Shown here: positions 1 through 13,700 of the stretch, in pieces | Layout: each line of letters opens with the position of its first letter | How positions within the stretch are numbered: the stretch's first letter is position 1 | Made by a program: the position numbers and the translations under genes | Notes under the pieces: generated by a model | The model's database searches: none | Seen by the model: the letters and a program-made list of their open reading frames with translations, nothing else | Told to the model about the DNA's origin: nothing | Origin: Lama glama | Taxonomy: Eukaryota | DNA length: 64,000 bases | Direction of reading: 5' to 3' | NCBI GenBank assembly: GCA_028534125.1 | Contig: CM052816.1 | Span: 83,950,001 to 84,014,000 of the forward strand

Positions 1-1545
1 GTACTCTACAAGCTTGCTTAATTTATTTATTAGATCTAATAGATTATTTTTAGTGAGTTCTTTGGAATTTTCAATGATGTTTTCTCCTCACAGAAATTGT
101 TTTACACCTTGCTTTATGTAAATGTCCTAGCTGGAACTTCCAGTAAAATGTTGAATAAAAGTAGGGGGAGTAAACATTACTTTGATTTGTGACTTTAGGA
201 AGAAAGTATTTGGACTGTTACGAAAGATGATGTTAGCTGTTGGATATTTTGTAGATGCTTTTTACTAACCTGAAGAAGTTTCCTCTCTTCCTAGGATGTA
301 GAGCATTTTTTTTAATCATGACGGTTTATTGCATTTTGTCAAATGTCTTTTCTATATCTACTGAGATGATTATGCGGTTTTATCTTTATTCTATTGATGT
401 GACAGTAATTGATGTTCAGATGTTAAACAAACCTGGGATAAATATTGCTTGGTCATGAGGTGTAACAATTTTAATATGTTGCTGGATTTGGTTGCTAATA
501 TTTTGTTGAGGATGTTTGTGTCTATATGAGCAAGGGAGTCTGTTGTTTCTTTGCTTGTAATATTTTTCTGTGACTTGATACCAGAGTAATACTGACTTTA
601 TAGAATAAATTGAGAAATATTTCTTTTTATTTTTAAAGAGTTGGTGAAGAATTAGAATTAATTATTCTTTATATATTTGATAGAACTCACCATGAGGATA
701 TCTGGACCTGGAACTTTCACTGTGAGATGTTTTTGAATTACTGTTTAGACTCTTGATTTGTTATTGTTCTGTTTAGAATTTTTATTTTTTAAGGCAATTT
801 CTGTTGTTTGTGTCTTGTTATTTCTATTACATTTGACTTAATTTATCCAATTTGTTGACATACATTTGTTTATAATCCTTTTTATTTATGTATATTCAGC
901 AGCAATGTACCATGTATTACTAATTTTAGTAATTTGAATCTTTGCTCTTGCTATCTTGATCAGTTTAGTTTAAAAGATTAATTTTGTTGCTTACTTAAAG
1001 AAACAACTTTTATTTATATTGATTTTCTCCATTGTTTATCTATTTTTGATTAATTATCACTCTAATAATTATTGTTTTCTTACTCTGCTTACATTAGGTT
1101 CAATTTGCTCTTATTTTTACAGTGTCTTAAGGTGGAAGTTTAGGTTATTGCTTTAATTATCCTTTATTAATATAAGAATTTAAAGCTATAAATTTCCCCT
1201 TTAATCATGGTTTTTGTGACACCCTGTAAGTTTTCATATGTGCGTCTTTGTTTTCATTCATCTCAAAATATTTTCAAGTTCCCATTTGAATTTTTTCCTT
1301 TATCTATTTGGTATTGAGGACTGTGATGTGTAATTTTTGAAGTTCTCATATTTTCCTCTGCTATTTATTTTAATTTTACTCCATTGTGGATGAAGGATTT
1401 ACTTTGTAAGATATAATTTCTTTCCAATATTGTAGTTTGCTTTATGGCCTAGTGGATGATCTATTCTGAAGGATGTTCCATGTGCACTTGAGAAGAATAT
1501 GAATTCTGCTCTTGTTGGGTGGAGTGTTCTTATTCATAGATAGAT
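1..1545 (-). mobile_element. Old LINE-1 ORF2-region fragment, antisense, degenerate
   Basis: T-rich sequence with typical antisense L1 ORF2 phrases (e.g. 'ctggatttggttgctaatattttgttgaggatgtttgtgtctat', 'gttccatgtgcacttgagaagaatatgaattctgct'). No long ORF. Confidence 0.85.
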
Positions 1546-4494
1546 CTTGGGTCCAGCTGGATTAGTAATAATCACCATTACCCAACCATATAATAGCCAA
1601 GGCTTCAGGCTACTTTTAATAAATGAAACTGACTTGGCATTAACAAATGATTATGAATGACAAGCTACAAAGACTTTCAAACTTAGTAACGTGGTATTTG
1701 CGTGTATGTGTGAGCATGCATATTTGGAGAATGTAGTTCCAGGAAATCATTTGTTTAGTTTAATTTCACAACTTGATTTTCTGGTTCAAATTGCTATTCT
1801 GAAGCAGCCCAAATTTTGAAGCTCCCTTGGAACAGCTCTGGGTCAAACAGGCTTCCTGTCTCTTTTCCTGTAAATAGTCCTCCATTCCCACTAAGTAGTG
1901 AGAATCGCCTATCAGAACTGATTTTTAATGGCAGGGCTAATAATAATTATAGATAGATGCAGAGGAAAATATTTCCAAATGGATAGAAAGTGACTCATAT
2001 TTACATTATAGCCCATTTTATTACATATGATTACTGGCAAGAGAAAAATGAGTTGCCCAAGTTTTCAGAGCTACTACAATGAGCCCAGAGTTGAGCATAT
2101 AATTCCATAGTCATATATTAATTTTAATTGTTTGTGTATTTCACATTTGCTTTTTTTAATCTTAAGACTTATTCAGCAAAGAGACATAGAAATTCTGTAT
2201 ATATTTTTCAATTTTAATACCAATGACTTTTATACACACCAATTTAGTAATAGCTTTTCAGAGTACATAAACTATGTAAATTAAATATAATTATGAATTC
2301 TAAAGAGGAGAAAATGCTGATTAAAGTTCAACTGATATTATTATATTTAGAAATTAAGTAGGAAATTCAGTTACTAAAGTGTTATTTAGACTGAATGATT
2401 TTTAAAAACAGATATTATGTAGTACATATCTGTTTCTTTATGTCAAATAAATTACAACTCAGAGAATTTAAGCATGTCACTAGCCTGCCATTTAGTATAA
2501 CACTTTTGATTAAAACACAGTTTTTAGTTCTAATCCATAGCCTTTTTTTCTAGTGATGCTGGAGACATAAGGGAAATGTATCTTTAAAATACATTCTAAA
2601 AGGATTAATTTTCACTTAAAAGAGTTGTGCATTTTTCCCTATAATCCAAAAAATTTTAAAAATAAATTAGTAAATGTTATTTTCCGAATAAAATTTATTT
2701 TACAAAGTGACACTTTTATTTCAGATTAAGATCTGATCTTTGATGGTTAGCTGTAATTGGAAAGATACATTAGGTAATTTCCAACATTACTAAAAAAAAG
2801 TTTAAGACTATAATCCTGAAGGCTTATAAGCTGTCTCTATTTCAATGTGCTCAAATTATTTAATATTTAAATAATATTATGAAGGCATATAATTTAATTT
2901 AATAACCGTATTTGTTCGCATTTATTTTACCATACTTTGCCTTTGTTTGAAAATTTATTAATTTTATAATATTTTAATGTAGCATAAGGAATTTTTAGCA
3001 TTTAAAATTGTTCTGAATAGTTTACTTTTTAAAGGCATTTTATTAAAAGAAATCATGTTGTGGAAGATCATGCTCTTACCAGTTTTTCTTCCTATTTTAA
3101 TGCTGTTATTTTTTCATGGTGATGTTCTCCTAATAAACCTTTAGTTCATAGAGAATAATGTGAGTTTCTGATTTTGTGTTAGTCATACATTTTGCCATAT
3201 TAATAGCTACCACTGAAGAATTAGCAATATTTTATTTTGCAAATTATAATGAGTATACGACATTCAGTCTTTATATTTAGCTTGCTTTGTATTTGATGGA
3301 TATTTCTAAGGCTAATTACCACTTTTCTATATTTAGTGAGCAGGAGCACAGATGAAGATAAAAGCACAATGTGACATTTATGAGATGTCAGTACTCTACA
3401 AATATAGAAATTCTCTAATTATCGCAGAGATATTCATGAAAATTTCAAAGCTTTTCTAGGAATTTGGATTAATTGAACAATAGCTGATTACCCTTGCCAT
3501 AAATTAATATTTGAGAGCATGGAATTGCCTCAGTAGCAATGCAATATCAATTTTAGCATAATGTCCTAGTAGAGGCTTTATTTATCGTTAGTTATTTTAA
3601 TTTATAATTGACTCTTAAAAATTGCTAATAGGGGATGGAGATAAAGTCTCTCCATATGCAAGGTTGTCATTAAATTATTTTATTATTATGGTTAACCATA
3701 TCATCAAAAGTTTGAAGATTTTTAAATCTGTATAACAAAATTATTTTTAGATGCAAAAACAGCTATAGGAAGTAGAATGGATTATAATTTAAGTACTTAA
3801 TCCAGGGTCAGAGATCTTGTGGCCAGTCTGCCATTGGAAGATAGCATTTTTGCAGAAATGAAGTTATATTGTACATGGGAAATCCCACTTTTTAAAGCAG
3901 TTCCAAAATTTGGCACTCTGGCTTCCTAGGTGTCTCTTTCTCATTTATTTGATGTGGCAACTGACATTTTTACCTTTAGCAACATTTATTTGGGATTAGG
4001 CTACTCATATGAAAGGGCACAGCTTCCTTGTTTCCTTATTTATTTATGAATTATAAAATATATATATTTTTCTTACAAGTGTACTATTTTTCTTCAAGGT
4101 AAATTATTACAAAAAGTCTCCATTGTTCTATACACACAAAATTAAAGCCCCTTATTCCTGGCAAACTGCTAACTGAGTTTTTTGGCATGTGTTTATATAT
4201 TCAGAAGATAGACAAACAAAAAACATATTCTCTCCTAGGTAAACCTCCTACCAGTGCCACCAGGGAATAATCCTCGAGGGTGATCCCTGAAGAAATTTGA
4301 GGAGTAATTTTCCAAGTCTAGACAGTTTCATGATCATAAGGTTTTTCTGAAATAAGTCTGGCAGGGAAGATAAAATGTAAAATAAGGGCAAAATAGTAGA
4401 TAAAGTGGCTTATAAAATGAGTTGCCAAATTTGGGACATGTTGGAGGCAAAGCCAATTAATGAATAAAAAGAGGGGACAAAAAAATTGCTGAGA

Positions 4495-4612
4495 CATGAA
4501 TGGATACATTAACTCAAGAGGGGAAGCCCTTCACAATGTATGCATATATCAAATCATCACATTGTATGCTTTAAATATCTTACTTTTTATATGTCAATTA
4601 TACTTCAATAAA
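4495..4612 (+). mobile_element. L1 (L1M-type) 3' terminus fragment
   Basis: 'tatatcaaatcatcacattgtatgctttaaatat...tgtcaattatacttcaataaa' resembles the L1 3' end including the AATAAA signal. Confidence 0.75.
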
Positions 4613-5619
4613 CTCAGTTGGGGGGAAGTATAGATTAAAGGGAGGAAGTGGGGCTAATCCCGGAAAGTTCTCTGGATTTTCATGCAGTGCTTTTGCTTTT
4701 GTTGAATTGATAAAAGTCCGAATGGGGCAGTTCCTTTTCGAAAGTGAAGATCTGCCATGGCCTTCTGTAACCACCCTCCCGCAACACTCTGATTCAGCTG
4801 CTTGGCTTCAGCTACCACAGCACAGCAGCGACAGCCCATTGTCCCCTCTTTCTAATCATTTCCAGCCCTTTTGTGCATTCACAGTCTACATTACTTGTTC
4901 GTTTCTTAGATGTGCCCTTTTCCAGTTTCTTAGCTTTAGGCCCAAAGCTATTGTCCTAGAGATATCATCAGTCAAGAAGACGGTTCTTTTTCTTTTCACT
5001 TAATGAACCGATGAATCACCACATGCCCAGTTTCGGTTCCTCCAGCTTAGATTGTTTATGCTGTGTCAAGATCTACTTCTTCACCGAAGTGCTCCTGCTG
5101 TATGATCCCACCCCCTCATTAAGTCCAGGCCTGAGTTTCAGCTTGGCGATATTGGTTGGCCCCAAGGTAGCACGGATGATTTTGTAGTGTGCCTGTTGTG
5201 AACCGTGTTAAACACTGCATTACAGATCACACAGCGTGCACGTGTTATGCAGTATGTCTTTGTTATAATGGGGAGATGACTTTCAATTAAGAATTGATTA
5301 CCCTGAATTCCGATGTTAACTGTAGCTCAAGGAGCAAAAGAATAGTGATCAGAGATATCACTGAGGGCTTTCCAGCGTACAAATCATGATAGTGCAAAAT
5401 CCATGCCTGAAGCTAGAAAAGGAGAACAGAACAAACATAATCATACATGAATCACAAAAGAGGATATGGTGAATGTTTAAAATAGTATGCACACCATGAG
5501 TTTAAATTAGAGGACTTCAAGGCAGCTGCAGTTATCTGATGTACTTGGCAAATATATTTAGGTAGGAGCATCTGTCAGCTTTCCATCTAGCTCTGTTGTT
5601 TGAGTTATCTTAGCATACT

Positions 5620-5765
5620 AATGAGAATGGACTTAGGAATCAGGTGGACTTGAATTTGGATCTAGATTCTACTTCCTACCAGCTCCATAAACTTGGTCAT
5701 AAATTAACTTCTCTAAATCTAAACTCCTCATATGGCAAATGAGATTATGATACCTACTTGTATGA
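5620..5765 (+). mobile_element. MIR SINE fragment
   Basis: Degenerate MIR core: 'gacttgaatttggatctagattctacttcctaccagctc...aacttctctaaatctaaactcctcatatggcaaatgagattatgatacctac'. Confidence 0.65.
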
Positions 5766-6677
5766 ATAAAAGTTCCCAGTTGCAAGCAACAAAAGCCAAA
5801 ATTGGGAGATTTTTGCATAAAATGAGTTCATCACAAGTATTTGGAGTTGTCTGGGTGGGCTGAGCATTACTGAGCCAGGAACGTGTCTCCAAAACCACAT
5901 GGCAGAATAAGCCAGCTTAGAATTTTAAGATTGCCATTGTCAAGCAGTAATGGCTGAACCCTGCACGGCTGAGGCTGCAGGAACTGGAAACTGCGCTTGG
6001 CCTCTGGGATTGCGTCCACTGCTACCTGAAGTCATGTGTTTCTTATTCTTGTATTAAGAATAAAACTTTATAAGGGAAGAAACAATCATAAAAGCAAAGA
6101 CATCTCATCCACTAACTCTTTCTCCCATCTTGTTAATTATCTATACCAGTTTCTTGGTATCTATCTTCACTAGATATCTCAGTATAGCTCAAGCTGTCTC
6201 AGTATCTCTTTAAATATCTTAAGTGGTTTAGGAATATGATAATAAAAATTTGTGGTAGGTGAAAATCTTTCTTATTGGACTTGAGATTATTTTCCATCAT
6301 AAGCATGTTCTATTTGTGTTATTCTCTCTGACTTGGGGAAAAAAATACCATTTTTAACTTCAGGTTGAGATTTTTCTGCTTTTATTCCTTTTTGTTCATT
6401 TTAATAAAATATATAACATGATTTTGTTATTTATGGACAAAACAAGTAGTGAAAAATTCACAACATGCCAGTGTGATGGTATTTAAGAAGTATAGCTTCT
6501 CAAATTTGTACTTCTTTGAAGTTATACAATACTTTAGTTTTATTTTTTACCTTACTCTTCTGAATCAATACATCAGAATACAATAAGTATAGCTGTGACT
6601 ACTAATTTTTGTTGGTACATCCTTTCATTAGAGTAAGTAAGGGCATAAAAATAACTGAACATTAGTCTGAGGTAGTT

Positions 6678-6744
6678 TACACACACAAATATGTGGATAT
6701 GTATATATGTGTGTGTGTGTGTATGTGCATGTGTGTGTGTGTGT
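6678..6744. repeat. Imperfect (CA)/(TA)/(TG)n microsatellite
   Basis: Dinucleotide runs seen directly. Confidence 0.9.
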
Positions 6745-7035
6745 AGGCTAAAACACCACAAGTTTATTATATTTAAAGTTTTAGAGATCGGAAGTCCATC
6801 AAAGGTCTCATTGGGCTATGATGACGAAGATGTCAGGCAGGGCCACGTTTCCTTTTGGAGGCTCTAAGGGAGAATCTCTTTCTTTGCTTTTTCCAGCTTC
6901 TAGAGTTTGCTTACATTCTCTGGCTTATGGCCCCTGACCTCTTCCAAGCCAACAATGGCCAGTCAAGTCTCTTTCACGTCATATTACTCTGATACTTGCC
7001 TACACTTCTGCCTCTGTCTTCCATGTTTAAGAAGG
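6745..7035 (-). mobile_element. MaLR LTR (MLT1B/C-like) fragment
   Basis: 'ggaggctctaagggagaatctctttctttgctttttccagcttctagag' is a characteristic MLT1 motif. Confidence 0.8.
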
Positions 7036-7067
7036 GCAGAAACTGCATCCATCTTGTCATTATGTCC

Positions 7068-7215
7068 CTGTGCAGTTCTGGAGGTCAGAGGTCCAAAATG
7101 GGTTTTGTGTGGTCAAAAATCAAGGAGTCAGCAGGGCTCTGTTTCTTCTGGAGGTTTTGGGAGAGAATCTGTTTCCTTGCCTTTTCCAGCTTCTAGAGGC
7201 TGTCTGCATTCCTTG
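7068..7215 (-). mobile_element. Second MLT1 (MLT1C-like) fragment, tandem to the previous one
   Basis: 'cagttctggaggtcagaggtccaaaatggg...ggagagaatctgtttccttgccttttccagcttctagaggctg'. Confidence 0.8.
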
Positions 7216-7294
7216 ATATATATATACGTATATCCAGATTTTTTTCTCTGATATATAATATTTTATTTTCTGAATGAACCAAGATGTCTAGTGA

Positions 7295-7440
7295 TAATAA
7301 CCATGGGCTTTAGAGTGACTCCGCGTTGGAATCAGTGCTCAGATATTCACTAGCTGTGTGGTAGCGGGAGGTCATGCCATCTCTCAGAGGCTCAGTATGT
7401 TTGCCTGTGTAAGGGCATAATAGCAGGATATGCCTCAAAG
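7295..7440 (+). mobile_element. MIR fragment
   Basis: 'cactagctgtgtg...ctctcagaggctcagtatgtttgcctgtgtaagggcataatagca'. Confidence 0.55.
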
Positions 7441-9029
7441 AGCAAAAATCCAAATAAAGGAGCCCAATAAAAGCATCCTGGAGATTCTGTCAATAGTGGT
7501 TCCTGAACCCACCTCCAAAGGTTCTGATTTTGTAGATCACAGCTACTTCCCTGAATTTGTATTAACAGTCTGCAGGCCACACTTAGGGAAAAACTCAGAC
7601 ATTTTTATAAGGGATATTTCTATTTAAAGGCATGTAGAAGAATGCTATGTAAAAAACTCAGAATAACTGGTAAAACTATTATAATAACCAATAAGTATGT
7701 GTATGTGTCTGTGTGTATTTATGCGTATGTGTTTCCCATAATTTGTCCCTTTTAACTACACAAATTTTTTTGAGATTCCATATGGTTGATGCACAATTTA
7801 GCCTTCAGCTGAATTATTAGTAAAAAAATTAGCAATTCTGATTTTCACATTTTAAATATGGCTGTAGATATTAATGACTAATTTGTGTATGACAATCTTA
7901 AGTAGTATGAAAAAATTTATTTTGAGCTATGATCATAAGATAATCAGAAAATTTCAAAGCAATTAAATAACTGAGCAATCTTGTATTGAACAAACTCAAA
8001 GCATGTGAGTGTGTCTCAACAAAAAAATTGCAACTGAGTTTAAACTAGAACATAGTTTCATTCTCATGCTGTACAAACCATGAGACTTGAAACTGAAGAA
8101 AACCTGAAATATATAATTATAATGAGGAGATTAAGAAAGGACTATAAATTGCATTTTTGGAAGTTGACTGAGTATGGATATAATTATCAAAAGAATATTT
8201 TACTTTTTAGTCCACAGTCCTTAATATAGAAACTTATGATACTACAAATTAACCTATATAATAAAGATACCCATTTCTTAATTTTTTCTTTATTATTTAT
8301 AAGTGAAATCAGCTTGTAGGTTTCTTTTTGGTATAATCATGATTCAGTTTCTCAATTAGCTTTGGCACTGGTCCTCTAAATATGTTCAGGAACTTGATTG
8401 TCAAAATTTCTGGATCAGTTTTCTTTCCTTTAATACTATTTCTGGGATAAGACAACTTGGAAAAAAGAGATAAACATTGACAAGTGGAAGGAGTTTTCTG
8501 GACACCTGAAGAATAGTTTTCCCACTTCTAATTAATCACATGTCAGCTGCTGGGCATGTGTAATTAATGGCTCATACCCCCAAAGCTGTAACGTATAAAC
8601 ACATTGCTTATCTAGTTGGAGAAATAGTAGCACACTGATGATCACTGCAAATGAGAGTGATTTGCTAATCCTGTCTTTAACTATTGAAGGCAGTATATTA
8701 ACTCATGTCACTATGACAATAACAAAAGGATTAGTTAGTAATGAAATACATAGAATGATGCAATTTAAATGCATTTGTTTACATGTATTCATATAGATAC
8801 TATATCAAGATGAGATCAGTTTAACTGCATTGCATGCTTTGGTTCACTACAAACATGACATAGACACAATAAAAATAGGTAGAAAAATCTAGCTACAAAT
8901 AGCTGCTGTAAATCCTGTTAACTCTGGAGTTTAAGAGAATTAACCTTTTTGAATTATCTTTTTCACAAATGTAAAAGAAGGAAGTATATTTCCAACTGTA
9001 AAGATTTTTAGAAATATATATAACAGAAT

Positions 9030-9715
9030 TGTATTTTTTTTATTTTGAGATACAATGTTACATGACATTAAGTAATTTTAAAGGCTGCAACATATTGACT
9101 TGACACATTTATATATGATTTCCACTGTAGTGTTAGCTGGCACCTCCATCATGTCACGCAATTACCGTTTCTTTTTTGTGGTGAAAAAAATTAAGATCTA
9201 GTCTCTTAGCAACATTGAAGTTTAATATAGTTCTGTCAGTTACAATCACTATGTTCTGCATTAGTTTTCGAGAACTTATTTACCTACTAGTTGTAATTCT
9301 GTAGCCATAAACAGCATCTCCCTAATTTCCCCACCCCCTAGTCCCTGGTAATCACCATTCTACTCTCCTTTCTTGGGGGGTTTGACTTTTTTAGATTTCA
9401 CATACAGGTGATATTATACAATATTTGTCTTTTTCTGTCTGATTTATATCAGCATAATGCTCTCAAGGTCCATTTAGGTGGTCACAAATGGTAGTATTTC
9501 CTTTTTTCTCATGGATGAATAATATTCCACTATTCATGGATGTATATATACACATATATATTCTCTCAATCTCTTCATCCCTTGTCAGACACTTAGATTG
9601 TTTCCATATCTTGGCTATTGTGAATACTGCTGCAACAAAAATGGGAGTGAAGATATATTTTCAATATCTTGTTTTCATTTCCCTTGGATGTATACTCAGA
9701 AGAAGAATATTTAAT
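9030..9715 (-). mobile_element. L1 (L1MA-type) 3' UTR, antisense
   Basis: T-run (antisense poly-A) at about 9034, then 'ccctggtaatcaccattctactct' and 'cacttagattgtttccatatcttggctattgtgaatactgctgcaa'. Confidence 0.85.
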
Positions 9716-9869
9716 TGGAAGTTCAGCCCAAGGCAACAGATAATATTGATAAGACACATCATTGTTACTTACCAAAGCAAAATTGCAAGTCTTCAAGCAA
9801 CATACTGAAAACCAGCTATCCCACTTTTAAAACTGCAACCCATATTAAAGATATAAATAAATGTTATTG

Positions 9870-10915
9870 GAGGACTTGGAAGATAATTTGTCCATAGAGA
9901 GCTGCTGATTTGCTATGAACATTTTTTCCCTACAATTTTGGAAGGCAGAATATTTCCCCTCAAACTCAGAACTAGGGAGAGAGGTTTAGGATAGCTCACT
10001 CAGGAGACAGGATATAAGGCTACCATAACTGGGGCTGGGAGAGCCAATGGGCTAGTATTTAACACTTGACAGCTGACTTTTAAGTTTGAGAAGGAGTGCG
10101 TTTAACTGCTGAAGAAAACCCGAGGGGATGTGGCTATCTGGGGACAGACCTTTACTGTTTGAGTTTGTTTCCTGTGGAGCTCAGTACAGACAATATGTGA
10201 GAGACAACCAGTGTGAGATCTGTGAGATCATATTCGGGCATATTCTTGCTCAAAATGATGTTCAGATGGGCAAGTGACTTCAGTAGGTAGAAGCTGAAGG
10301 TATTACTGCATTCCTGGGAGTATCAGGAGAAATGACAAACTGGAAGATACTGCATTATTGACATCAACAAGTGATAGGTTTCTAGTGACATGATTTCTCC
10401 AGAGGAGCCATAAAAAATATTGCCCCCCCCAAAATCAATTTATATGTCACCTGGATTAAAGAAGGAGAATCCAGTTTTAAACTGTTTTAGTCAAGTAGGA
10501 ATTTACTGCTGTTCCTTCTTCCTTCCTCTCTTCCCCTCCTGCCCCGACGTGTTAGAAACAGGAGCTGGTTAGTCTAGGAGAAAGTAGGAAGTCGAAAATG
10601 GGGGAGAAAAAAAGGCTCTTACCCACTTCCCATGTTTTAGGACTACCACACTTTGCCAGACCTTGTTGATGAAGGAGGCATGATTAAACTAAAAATTCGG
10701 AATGTTTAACAAATTAGACTTTTTATACTACTGAAATGAGATGGTTTGGCAAATTTAACTCGATCTAGGGAACAAAGGGTAATCAGAAAAGTTATCCATG
10801 GCAGGCTAAAATGAACCCACTGAATAAAGTTAGAGCAACAGTAGAAGAAGTATCTTTTCACTATCGTTTAATCTCACCACTTAGGCTTCTGCAATACACT
10901 TAATTGTATTGAAAT
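9870..10915 (+). mobile_element. Ancient LTR (LTR78/79-like), degenerate
   Basis: Composition and 3' portion resemble ancient eutherian ERV1 LTR78-type elements and the similar tract at 59.2-60.1 kb. Recalled similarity only. Confidence 0.4.
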
Positions 10916-12269
10916 AGAATTATGTTTTTAAAATAGAGTTTTGGTGCTTCCATTTTCAAACACTCATTTGGACCCTGAAAACTTTGTCCCCAACATGTTT
11001 TGATCCTGTTGTGTTACTTTCCCCCACTGGAAAGAATGGTGGTTGTGGATAAATGATGTAATTGGGATTATACATTTGGAAAATAAAAATAATAATCTAG
11101 TTATCTCTCAAGAAAATGTCTCACAATTTCTCATAGATTAATTTAAATCAGTAGCATATTGATAATAAATTTTACAAGTATAAATTCTACAAACATAAAC
11201 TTTTAGTGACTAAAATGTAGTAACATCCAGTAACATTTGTTGTTTATTAAAAATTGAGGAAAGAATTAAACTGTCAGTTTAAAATTTAGATTGATTAAAT
11301 TGATCCAGGGAAATTGAATTTGAGATACAATTAAGAGAAATATCATTGTAATGTTTATTGTAACACTTTGGAAAAAATAATTGTAATGCTTATGTGGAAA
11401 ATAATTAAAACAATACTCATTTCAATTAAATTAAATAATAACATGTGAGAAGTATGTTTATTGTCCATATAGAATATTAATACTAATTTATGTTGGTAGT
11501 AAAAGTTTCATGATGGAAACTAATCTTTTAATACAAACTAATCCATAATTTTGGGGGAAGTTTTTGCTTTTTTATTTCATTTTTTATTCATACTTATAAA
11601 AGTATGTTTTGTGATCAAAATATTGTACCCAAATCCTGGTATCTTAATAACACTACATTAAAACAGCTCATGCAAAACAGCATGGTCGAAACATTCGCTC
11701 CCCTCTGTACCTGCATCATTATCTAGGCAACAGCAAACACTTCACGATGTTTCTTCCCTTATCACACCTTTTCAGGAGGGCATCTACATCATATACAGTG
11801 ACAGAGAATTACTGTCTACCTATACTGACTCCAATGTGCCTTAACAAACATAACTAGTTCCTAAGAATAAACATGACTATCTTATTCTGCTTGATAATGA
11901 GTGGAAATCTTCAAGCAAGTAGATGAACGTGGAAAGAAATGAAAGGTAGGCCAAGGACTGCATTAAGTTTTGTGTCATAATAAAAAGCAAATTAAGAAGC
12001 CAGAACTTGATATCATATTTGTTTAATAAATGATATCGAGTCAGATATTTTACCTATACATAGAGTGTGGGATTCAGGGGAGCGTTCTCAACATATAAAT
12101 ATTGTTTGAAGCCATAGAACTGATAAAAGCACCAAGAAAACAAAGTCATAAGAAGAAGAGGTGGAAGGAATGATCCCTGGTCACTCCAATAATAGGAGAT
12201 GAGGGGAAATCGGTAAAGAACACTTAGATCACATTGCATACCAGCTAGAAGGAAAGGAAGAAGAGTCTG

Positions 12270-12580
12270 GTAAGTGAAATACAAGGCAAAGAGATGTTGT
12301 TTAAGGGTACAAACGTACAACCAGGAGATGTTTCAAGTCCTGATGCACAGTATAGGGAATACAGAAACAATACTGTATTCTAATCATCCAACTTGCTAAA
12401 AAGACTAGATCTTAATGTTTCCCATCACAGAAAAGAAAAGAAACTTATGTGATGGGATAGAGCTGCTATTGCTACGATGGCAATCACACTACAGTATATA
12501 AATGTATCAAATCAGCATGTTGTACACCTTAAACATACACACAGTATTATAGGTCAAATGTATTTCAATTTAAAAAAATG
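12270..12580 (+). mobile_element. L1 (L1MA9/10-like) 3' end
   Basis: 'acttgctaaaaagactagatcttaa...tatataaatgtatcaaatcagcatgttgtacaccttaaacatacac' followed by an A-rich tail. Confidence 0.8.
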
Positions 12581-12654
12581 CAAAACAAGAATTTCTAAGA
12601 CAATAGAACAATCCTGTCAGTTAGACACTAATAATCATGTCAGTTAGCTACTAG

Positions 12655-12905
12655 TCAGTCAGACAGATCAAATAAGATGAAAATTGTTAGTTGATCATTG
12701 GATTTAGGCAACTTGAGGTCACTGGTGATTTTGTCAAGGGGAGAGTTCAGTAGTGTAATGGGGTCAGATGGGGTCAGTAGTGTAATGGTGTAAAGCAGTT
12801 GAAGAGAGAATGGGAAAGAGGAGTTAGAGACAGACAATTCTCCAGAGGAGTTTGGTTCTGAGAGAGATCGTAAAATGACTACCAGCTGATGGAAGATGTG
12901 AAACA
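12655..12905 (-). mobile_element. L2 fragment
   Basis: 'cattggatttaggcaacttgaggtcactggtgattttgtcaag' is a typical antisense L2 motif. Confidence 0.7.
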
Positions 12906-12959
12906 AAGAAAGTTTTTATTTTTATTTTTTTCAGAAGGCAAAATTATTAGCTTAATGTT

Positions 12960-13700
12960 TTACCATAAACAATTTTTTGTTTCTTTATATCATATAATAC
13001 ATATTTTCCCCTATCAGTGTATACTCTATCTACTTCATCCTTTTCAATGTCATAAAAGAATCACAATGTAAGGGCCCACATTACTTGTTTTAACAAGTTT
13101 CCAATGGATGGATGCTTAAATTGTTTTAAATTTTTTGCTACTAAAAGCAATGAAACAAATAGCCATTGCCATATGTTGATATACATGTATTTATTTACCT
13201 ATAGGATGAATTTCTAAAAGCAGAAATGCCAGGGCCAAAGATATATATGGTTAAAAAGAGATATTATCAATTTTTTTCCTGTACGTTAGCATCTACTTAA
13301 ATTCCTAAAATACTGTGTGATATGCCTGTTACTCAACACTATCATTAATATAATGTATGATCAAATGTTTTCATTTTACCAGTTATTTGGAGGGAAATTA
13401 TATTTTTATGGTTTCTGTAAAAGCAAATGTGTGGATGTTTTATAGATATTTTGGCTATAAGTCTATCAAATGTCTGTTTGAAAGCCTTTGTCTGCTGATA
13501 GAATGACATTTTGATTTTTTTCATAGTGAATTACAAAGAAAACTGTTACACAGGTAGAAATTACCAGACACTGATCCAAATAACAAATTTATTTCCTGAT
13601 GTTTGTAATAATAAAGTAGGAATGTAAGGCAGCAGCTGGCGAATGGTTTTGCCAAACCATATTTTATTTGAATTTGAGTTTCTAAGCTATAGTTTTCTCT
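12960..13700 (-). mobile_element. Old L1 (L1ME-like) 3' region, antisense
   Basis: 'atggatgcttaaattgttttaaattttttgctact', 'ggatgaatttctaaaagcagaaatgccagggccaaag'. Confidence 0.6.
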
